Below are positions 28,108-36,400 of a stretch of DNA of 64,000 nt, in pieces. The position numbers and the translations under genes are program-made. Source of the DNA: Treponemataceae bacterium (lineage in GTDB: Bacteria > Spirochaetota > Spirochaetia > Treponematales > Rectinemataceae); contig CAXXVZ010000003.1 in NCBI GenBank assembly GCA_963678065.2, positions 1,280,001-1,344,000 on the forward strand, read 5' to 3'. Below the pieces are notes generated by a model that was not told the origin of the DNA, did no database searches, and worked only from the letters and a program-made list of their open reading frames with translations. Numbering within the stretch: the first letter of the stretch is position 1; each line of letters begins with the position of its first letter.

Positions 28108-28503
28108 ATGTCGAGACCAGACAAGAGCGTATCGGAACCAAACTTTTTCACATGCGGGCACTGCGGACGCGCGGTGCCGCCACCAGACTCGGGCTCACGC
28201 CAGAGGAATCATTGCCCGGCCTGCCTCAGAAGCTCCCACAGGGACATCCGGGTCGGCGACCGCCAGAGCGGTTGTCGCGGGATAATGGACCCGATAGGGA
28301 TATGGGTCAAGGAAGATGGCGAATGGGCCATCATCCATCGCTGCAGGAAATGCGGTTTTGTACGGACAAACCGGGTGGCGGCGGACGACAATGAAGTACT
28401 GCTTCTGACCATGGCGGCGCTGCCGCTGAGCCGCCTGCCCTTCCCCGGGGGCAAGACCCTGGAACTGCTGCAGGATCGCGAAGTCGCCGGAGGCAGGGCA
28501 TGA
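28108..28503 (+). CDS. RNHCP domain protein
   Basis: FTCGHCG, RNHCPACL, GDR...C.G.M.P and HRC..CG motifs. Confidence 0.88.
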   Translation: MSRPDKSVSEPNFFTCGHCGRAVPPPDSGSRQRNHCPACLRSSHRDIRVGDRQSGCRGIMDPIGIWVKEDGEWAIIHRCRKCGFVRTNRVAADDNEVLLLTMAALPLSRLPFPGGKTLELLQDREVAGGRA

Positions 28504-29594
28504 GCATCGCGGATTGGGGATGGGACCAGGCCTTCGAGTCCAGTGCCCAGGCGACAATGTGCGAAGGCTATGGGATCCGGCGCGTGATTGGCCAGGGCCG
28601 GGGCCTGTATGTCCTGACCGACGGAGACTCCACGCGGCAGGCAGTTCTGTCCGGAGCCTTCAGCTATAGGGCGGCGCTGCCGTCGGATTATCCGGTCACC
28701 GGCGATTTCGTCGCCTGCCGCGAAGAGGGAGAAGCCTGGGTCATCGAGGCCCTGCTCCCGCGCCGGAGCCTCCTTTCCCGCAAGGCCGCCGGGGAAAAGG
28801 AAGAGAGACAGGCCCTCGCGGCCAATGTCGACACGGTGTTTCTGGCCTTCGCTCTCGATGGCGGTCGAGGCTTCCTGCCCCGCCTCCTGGAACGCCTGCT
28901 GACCTTGGTGAACGACAGCGGGGCCGCGCCTGCGATCCTGCTGAACAAGGCGGATCTGGCCGAGAACCCTGGCCAGTACATCGAAGAGGCCGAGGCTGCG
29001 GCTCCGGGGGTACCGATATTCCTCGTATCGGCGCGGACCGGACAGGGGCTGGAGCAGCTCCGGAGCCACCTCGAGCCGGGCAAGACCTATTCTTTCCTCG
29101 GGAAATCCGGGGTAGGCAAGTCCTCGCTGATCAACGCCCTCTTCGGCAAGGACATCATGAAGACCTCCGAGATCCGGGATCAGGACAAGCGCGGTCGCCA
29201 TACGACCTCCAGCCGCGACCTCTTTCTCCTGCCGGGCGGCGCCCTCCTCATGGACAACCCCGGCCTGCGGGAGGCGGCCCTCTGGGTCGACGAGAGGAGC
29301 GTGGACGAGAGCTTCCCGGAGATATCTGCCCTGGCCGCCGAATGCCGGTTCAGGGACTGCGGCCATTCGGGCGAGCCGGGCTGCGCCGTGCAGGAAGCGC
29401 TGGTGGATGGCCGCCTGGACTATCGCCGCTATGAAAGCTACCTGGAGTACCGGCGGGAAGCGCGCTATCACCAGCTGATGAGCAACGGGAACGCGCAACG
29501 CGTCGAACGTATCCGCTGGAAGGCCATATCGAAGAGTGTAAGGAACATGGCCAAGGGGAGGGATGATCCGGTGCCTCGGGATAGTGCCGAATGA
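28500..29594 (+). CDS. rsgA: Ribosome small subunit-dependent GTPase A
   Basis: PVTGD.V, AANVD, NKAD, GKSGVGKS, GRHTT, DNPG and CRFRDCGH..EPGCAV motifs. Confidence 0.92.
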   Translation: MSIADWGWDQAFESSAQATMCEGYGIRRVIGQGRGLYVLTDGDSTRQAVLSGAFSYRAALPSDYPVTGDFVACREEGEAWVIEALLPRRSLLSRKAAGEKEERQALAANVDTVFLAFALDGGRGFLPRLLERLLTLVNDSGAAPAILLNKADLAENPGQYIEEAEAAAPGVPIFLVSARTGQGLEQLRSHLEPGKTYSFLGKSGVGKSSLINALFGKDIMKTSEIRDQDKRGRHTTSSRDLFLLPGGALLMDNPGLREAALWVDERSVDESFPEISALAAECRFRDCGHSGEPGCAVQEALVDGRLDYRRYESYLEYRREARYHQLMSNGNAQRVERIRWKAISKSVRNMAKGRDDPVPRDSAE

Positions 29595-29822
29595 CTCCTG
29601 CAAAGTGCTCGCAAGGCACGGGGATGGAGTCAGGACGGAGCGGGCAAGCTGGTAGGACTCCTCCCCAAGACGATCTCGGCCCTCGAGAATCATCCGGCCT
29701 CCGCGACCATCGACAGCCTCATGAAACTCCTCTCGGCACTCGAGCTGGAGCTCGTGCTCATGCCCAAAGAGCGTGGCGAATCCCCGAACCAGAAGGCCTA
29801 CCCTTCCAATGAGGAGTGGTGA
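29595..29822 (+). pseudogene. hipB: HipB-like XRE HTH antitoxin lacking a canonical start codon
   Basis: Same frame as rsgA after its TGA: LLQSARKARGWSQDGAGKLVGLLPKTISALENHPASATIDSLMKLLSALELELV...EEW*, with the terminal W typical of HipB; overlaps the hipA start. Confidence 0.75.
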
Positions 29823-31153
29823 CCGTGGCCAGACCCTCACAGCGACGCGCCCTCGGCGTTTGGCTTAACCGTATTCGCATCGGAACCTGGTCCATAGACG
29901 CGCGCAAAGGTCATGAGTTCCGCTATGAGGATTCCTGGCTCGTCCATCCCCAGGCCAGGCCGGTCTCGCTCTCCCTCCCTCTCGCGGAGGCTGGATACGC
30001 GTACCGCGGCGGCGTGGTGGCAGCCTTCTTCGACAACCTACTCCCGGATTCGAGCGAGATCCGCCAGAGGATCAGGAGTCGGTACAAAGCGATCTCCCTC
30101 TCTGCTTTCGACCTCCTAGCAGAAATTGGCAGGGATTGCGTCGGCGCGATCCAGCTCCTTCCTGAGGACGAAGCGCCCTCCCCTATCGATCGCATCGAAG
30201 GCAGGCCGATCGACGAACATGAAATAGCGGCGATACTGAAGGGACTGACAGCCATGGGGACGGACGGGCGCGTGACCGATGAGGAGTTCCGCATCTCCCT
30301 GGCCGGGGCGCAGGAAAAGACCGCCTTGCTGCGGCATGAGGGACGATGGCTCGTTCCTCACGGCTCGACGCCCTCGACTCACATCGTGAAGCTGCCCCTT
30401 GGAAGGATAGGCGGGCTCGGGCTCGATATGGCCGGCTCCGTGGAAAATGAATGGCTTTGCGCACAGATCGCGGCCGCCTTGGGGCTGGAAGTGGCGCAAT
30501 GCGAGATAGCCCGCTTCGAGGACGTGACGGCCCTGGTCGTGGAACGCTTCGATAGGCGGAGGGCCGAAGACGGTAAGCGAATCCTCCGGCTCCCGCAGGA
30601 GGACTTCTGCCAGCTCACGGGTACGCCGCCTGGCGGCAAATACGAATCCGATGGAGGACCGGGGATCGAGACCATCATGCGGGTCCTTCTTGGCTCCCAG
30701 GAGGCCTCCAAGGATCGCGAGGCCTTCTTCACCGCCCAAGTCCTGTTCTGGCTCCTGGCCGCTCCCGACGGACACGCGAAGAACTTCTCTGTCTTCGTCG
30801 AACGCGGAGGTAGGTTCAGGTTGACGCCCTTGTACGACATCATGTCGGCCTACCCCGTGTTGGGGCATGGAAGCGGAACGATCCCGCCTGAGAAGTTGAA
30901 GCTGGCCATGGTCTTCGGGGGCAAGAGCCGGCATTACGAGTGGGACAAGATCGGCCCTCGCCACATCAGGGAGACTGCACGCCTCTGTGGCTTCGAGGGC
31001 TTCATCGATACGGTGATGGAGCGCCTGGAGAAGGAGGTTCCGAAGGCCACCCAGGAAGTAGCCAGGCATTTGCCCGGCGATTTCCCGAGCGCGATCTCCG
31101 ACTCGATCCTTCGAGGGGTCGAGGCACGCGCAAGGCTGCTGAACAATGCCTAG
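29816..31153 (+). CDS. hipA: HipA family serine/threonine kinase toxin
   Basis: SLSLPL, FFDNLLPD, IGRDCVGA, SLAGAQEK, HIVKLP, VERFDR, QEDFCQ, DGHAKNFS and LTPLYDI motifs. Confidence 0.93.
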   Translation: MVTVARPSQRRALGVWLNRIRIGTWSIDARKGHEFRYEDSWLVHPQARPVSLSLPLAEAGYAYRGGVVAAFFDNLLPDSSEIRQRIRSRYKAISLSAFDLLAEIGRDCVGAIQLLPEDEAPSPIDRIEGRPIDEHEIAAILKGLTAMGTDGRVTDEEFRISLAGAQEKTALLRHEGRWLVPHGSTPSTHIVKLPLGRIGGLGLDMAGSVENEWLCAQIAAALGLEVAQCEIARFEDVTALVVERFDRRRAEDGKRILRLPQEDFCQLTGTPPGGKYESDGGPGIETIMRVLLGSQEASKDREAFFTAQVLFWLLAAPDGHAKNFSVFVERGGRFRLTPLYDIMSAYPVLGHGSGTIPPEKLKLAMVFGGKSRHYEWDKIGPRHIRETARLCGFEGFIDTVMERLEKEVPKATQEVARHLPGDFPSAISDSILRGVEARARLLNNA

Positions 31154-31224
31154 GGCCTTAGCCTACTGCGCTCCAGAGATCTCTGGTATAATTCTCCTTG
31201 GATGAAAGTCCGACAGGCTGCTAG

Positions 31225-31851
31225 CCCGGATTTCTCGCAAAAACAACGGGAGTTCCGAATTTCGGTGTATAATCTGTTGTACCACCAACAAATGAACATA
31301 GAAAACGGAGACCCCGTATGCAGACAGACGGTATCCTGTTTGGACTCCCCATGCAAGCAGGAAAAGCCCGAAAATCCCGCAGATTCGAGGTCACCAGCGA
31401 TGGGAACCTGAGTTCGAGCGACGGCGGATTGTTGTTGCTCGCAGAGATCGAACGGCGACGAGGATCTCAATGATCATGACCGGTGGCGTAGCGATCCGCT
31501 TCTGTGTGCGATCTGTTGACACGAAGCCGCGGATGACGCACTCGCGGGGAAGAGCACCCTGAACCGGCTCGAGCTGGGCAGGGAAAAATGAGCGAGAGCG
31601 ACCGCTACAAACGGATCGAGTGGGATGAGGGAAAACTGCGCACTGTGTTTGTCGATGCATTTCTGGACTCGTACGAACGCGAGCCCGACGAGATCGTGAT
31701 CGATTTCGACACGACGGACGATCCCATTCACGGCGAACAGGAAGGCCGCTTCTTCCAGGGATACTACGACGAGTACTGTTTTCTGCCGCTCTATGCATTC
31801 TGTGGCGACCATATTCCCGCGGCGACCTTGCGGCCTGCCGATCAGGACGCC
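31225..31851 (+). mobile_element. IS1380 family transposase remnant (internal deletion, truncated by IS256)
   Basis: From ATG 31318: SSDGGLLLLAE, EDLNDHD..R.DP, LAGKSTLNRLE and DFDTTDDPIHGEQEGRFFQGYYDEYCFLPLY across shifted frames. Confidence 0.85.
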
Positions 31852-33250
31852 GAGATATTGTCAATCTTTGTGGATAGGGGAAAGGACGAAGGTCCTCATC
31901 AGGCAGCAGTCTCATCGACCAATTCTCCATTCCTGAATATCTTTCCCGCCACTATGAGCGGGATGAACGTGAACCCTTGTAGTTTTCTCCAGCCCTTCTC
32001 AGCTTCCTTGCAGAGCTTATACACCATAGCCAGTGTTGCTTTTCTCGTTCCGTTTCCCTTGGTTTTTCGATGACGCAGCCGAACCGTGGCACATGTCGAC
32101 TCAATAGGATTCGTCGTCCGAATATGTACCCAATGGGCAGCAGGAAAATCGTAGAAGGCGAACAGGTCGTCCTTGTCCTTTGTCAAGCATTCCACCGCTT
32201 TCGGATATTTGGCTCCGAATGTTTCAATGAACAGGCTGAAAGCCTTGAGCGCGTCCTCTTTCGTCGGCGCGAGATACTGGTCGTGGAGCATGTCCTTGGC
32301 CTTTGCCTGGATAGAACTGGGCAGCGTATCCACGACATTGCCGGACTTATGGAACCAGCAGCGTTGGATTCTTGTTTCCGGCCATACTTCCGCAGCCGCC
32401 GCCTGGAATCCCATGGCACCGTCACAGACAGCCAGGGAAGGTACGTGGGCAAGTCCCCTAGAACGAAGGCCGAGAAGAAGCTCTCTCCAGGACTGCGCGC
32501 TTTCCCTGAAACCGTCGGAAACAGCAAGCAATTCCTTTTTACCGAATGAATCAGCGCCCATGATAACCAGAAAGCAGGATCGTTCATCTTCGAGCCGTGC
32601 AGAGCAGTACACCCCATCGGCCCAGATGGACACATATCGCTTCCCGCTCACATCCCGCTTATTCCATTCTTCGTATTCATCGGTCCACACTTCTTTCAGC
32701 CGTACTACCGTGGTTGCTGAAAGCCCCTTTGCCTGGGACCCAGGATTGCCTCCAAAGCTGTCGGAAAATCATCGGTGGAAATCCCTTTCAGGTACAGCGC
32801 AGGTACGAGGGAATCGATGCTCGCCGCTCGTCTCATGAACTTCGGCAATATCGTACTCGTGAAACGCTCGTCGCCTGTTTTTGCCAATATCCTGCCGTCT
32901 ACCCGTGGCCGCTTGACCGGAATGGGTCCTGCTCCCGTGAGGACTGTCCGTTCCGGCTGGTATCCGTTTCTCACCACACACTGTCTCTCGTTTGTGTCTT
33001 TCAGATCACGATACCGGGCAAGATGCGCTTCGATTTCATCTTCCAATGCTGCATGGAGCAGTTTTCGGGCTCCCTCTCGTATGAGGGCTTCCAGCACCAG
33101 CATGGTTTCGGGCATTGCATCATTTTGAGGCTTGATTGTAGTCTGTCGCACGGACGTTCTCTCTTTCGGTGGTTTCGTTTGGCGACAAAACCCTACCGGA
33201 AATAAACGTCCGTTTCCTATTCCCCTGTTCACAACAATTGATCATATCTT
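31852..33250 (-). mobile_element. IS256 family element with frameshifted transposase
   Basis: VVRNGY, LYLKGIST, IWADGVY, DGFRES, QRCWFHK and IRTTNPIES motifs; 1-nt frameshift near 32735-32742; imperfect terminal IRs GAGATATTGTCAATCTTTGTGGATAGGG / AAGATATGATCAATTGTTGTGAACAGGG. Confidence 0.88.
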
Positions 33251-33341
33251 TGCTTCCCTCGCCCTGAACCATCTCGCTGCTGCAATAATCGCCTTCCGCA
33301 AAGTACCACTGACGGTAAACATTATTTACGGATAAGTACTA
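33251..33341 (+). mobile_element. Probable IS5-family transposase C-terminal remnant
   Basis: ASLALNHLAAAIIAFRKVPLTVNIIYG* resembles IS5-family C-termini (from memory, not verified). Confidence 0.4.
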
Positions 33342-33479
33342 AATTCGTTGCTGGTATCTCCACGTTCGTTATACAAGAAGGTTTGAACGCAGACACTCGT
33401 CGACCCCCGTGCACGCCGACATGCTCATCGCTGCGACAGGGCGAACCACATTGTCGGAGCGCGGATACTCTACACGTGT

Positions 33480-36400
33480 TTAGAAGTAGCCATGATGCGG
33501 AACTCCTGCTCGGCAGAGTTTCTCGATGAGCTTCTGTGTGGCGAATGGGAGATTCAGTCGGACGACTAGTTCATCCTCAAGGTAAACGGTCAGTGATGTC
33601 TCGTATTTCTTGATGCTCTTGAGGGCAGCATCCGTCGGCTCATCAGGAGTCAATGGGCCGGACAACCCGATTGCGAACTGAGTTCCCCGAGAGTTGGTCG
33701 CGAGTATAGGCACGACAACATCGCCGAGACCAGCGATTGTGATCTTCTTGTCGCGCTCAAGAGAGAGTCCCTCGATACCCTGGCGATCGAGGTCTTCATA
33801 CAGGAGGTCCGTCGAGCGGCTGACACGATCCGAGCCCAGCTTCGGTGGGTCGTTGTAGAGCACGAAGCGGAGCAGGCTCGCACCGAGGTGGCGGTCGAGT
33901 AGGTCGTGCTCAAACTTATTCTTGTAGCTACGGAGGCAGCGGTAGCAGGAACGGTCACAGTTGTCCGGGCACTCCTCAAGTAGCCTGAGCGCATCTTCCA
34001 ATACCGGGAGCCCTATTTCGCCAACGCGCTTCGCGAAACCAGCGCCGCCAGGAAGCGTATCGTAGATATAGATCTCAGCCTCGCGTCCAACAGGTCCTAG
34101 GGGGGTAAGCGCCGGTCGATATTCGGCCTGGAGTTCGTTCGCCTCCAACTCAAGTCGTGTACACGCGGCCTTCGTTAAGGCCTCGCAGATAGTGCGCAGC
34201 GCGACGTCAGTCGCCAGCACGCCAGGGACCAGTATGAGCGGCGCGTCTATACGAATTCTGATCAAGAGGATATCAGTGATAAAGTCTGTTCCCAATACCA
34301 ACCCTGTCGTCGTACCTCCGCCCGGGCACTCCGGTTCCTTTAGGTCGGGATACGGCTTTTTGTGCGTCGAGCCAACTACTCCTTTCGGACTAGCTGTTGG
34401 CTCGATGAGCCCGCACTTCGTGCAATACGTATAGCCCTTATTATTAGGGCCACGGTTGGTGACGAGGAGGTGCTCACGAGTATGATATACGTTGATTCGC
34501 TCATTCAGTTTCATCCACTGCGCCGCCTGTAATGAAGCCGTGAGTTTCGCGCGTGTGGCGTAGCTCTTTGCTGGTGCATCATCCGGAGATGTGACCTCTT
34601 CCTTGCTCACAGGGTGCGCAAATCCAGGTGGACGAAGCCAGAGCGTTGCCGGCCCGAAGGTGCCCTTGCCACCGCAGGCTTCGCAGTCTTTAGTCTCCCC
34701 GCGGGCGCCATCCTCAATCGTTGTGGTCAGTGCATAATGGCAGACACTGCACTCGTAATAGAGGCGTCTACCTTGCCACGAGCGGTAGAGATCAGCACGC
34801 ACTGGCGAGTAGATCGCCCCTGAGGTCCAGAGCTTGTTGTTGATCCATACCTCCTTACCAGGAGCGTATTGTGAAAGCGCGATAGGGAGTCCTTGTGACG
34901 GTGAGAACCTAAAGACAGGCTGGTACTTCGTCGAGTTGACAGGATCGAACACGTGAAATGTGGCGACATCGGTCGGGAACGCATAGCGAGGGAGGACGCC
35001 TTTATAGAGAAGCCGGTCGAGGAGGTTATCAGAGGCAGAGTTGCGTTTTGGTTTCTCCTCGTCCCCTTCATCCGGCGCTTCGAGCGCAGTATCCACGCTC
35101 TCTTCGCTTTTAGGAGCTGTGGGGGATGCTGCTGGCGTAGGTACTACGCTAGTAGGAACTTCAAAATCGATTGCCGCGTCAATCGGATTCAGTGTCTGCA
35201 GGACGAGTTCGTCGAGGAGGCGCCTTCGTTCAACTGAAGCAAGTTGTTGAGGAAGCCAAGCATCGACTTCTGCTCGAAGTGTCACCCCATTCGTACGGAG
35301 CCAGTGTTCGAAATCAATTCTGTTAAGTATCTTTGTCGGCCCTTTGAAGTCGTCCACAGTCCCGAGGACTGCGAAGAGCTGCGGCTGATCTTCGGGCTTA
35401 ATCATAGGTAGTCGGTCTTGATGATAGCGCTGCAGCAGATAGGCAGTGACGTGTCGCCGGATGATCTCGCTATTGTCGAGGGTCAGCCGTGGATCGATGA
35501 TATCACCGCGGATCATCTCATTCGGGTTTGAGAAGTAGTGTTCGTCATGGCTATCCGCGCTACCGAAGGCCGTAACTGTCGCGACTGCGTTCCCGCGACG
35601 CCCCGCCCGCCCCGAGCGCTGCTGATAGTTTGCGCGCGCAGGCGGCATGTTTCGTAGCGATACACCCGAGAGGGATCCAATATCGATGCCAACCTCCATT
35701 GTCGTCGTGCAGGATAGCACGTCGATCGCGGGTCGGTCGTGGCTCGTGCCATCGTCGCCAAGGTCCACGTCCTGGAAGAGCAACTCATGCTCCTCTGCCT
35801 TCGAGAAGACCTCGTCGGTCTGGGCTGTGTTGAGCTGCGCGGTGTGTTCTGCAGCGATGAGTACCATAGGCGGCGTCGGCGGCGACTTCAGCGCGTCGAC
35901 TGTGCTCGCACGATAGTAGCCCTTACGAGCGACGAAGACCTTGTCTGTGTCTGGATCGATCAGTGCCGCGGTAGGCTGACCGCAGTTAACGCAGGTAGTG
36001 CGGCCGGGGAACGGACGCTGTACCGTCTTGCAGGACCGGCAGTACGCCCACGTGCCGCCAATAAGGAGCGATAACTCGCTACCCTTCAGGTAGAACTTGT
36101 TTTGATCAACCTTTTCGCAGAAGCGCTGGAGCAGTTTTGGTAACCATTTATTAATGAAAAAAGTCCATGCGGACTTTTCTGCAATGAGACGCTCCATCTC
36201 GTCGAACTTACCCGAACGGGCCTGGAATTGACGCTCCGAATTGCGCCAAGCTGGAGGCATTTGGCCCAGCCATAGTCCTGCGCGTCCCCAGCAGCTAATC
36301 CAGGCGCGCACGGTCGCCAGCTTCTGCTCCGGCGTGGTCGCGAAATTCGGGATGTCTGGGAGCGCTTCGATCCAGGCGGATTGATCCGCGCGTTCGCTAA

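Noticed and set aside
29591..29812. 73-aa ORF MTPAKCSQ...
   Set aside because: Wrong frame; the HipB-like sequence is in a different frame of the same stretch.
32690..32745. Programmed frameshift in the IS256 transposase
   Set aside because: IS256 elements use a single ORF, so a 1-nt deletion or sequencing error is simpler.
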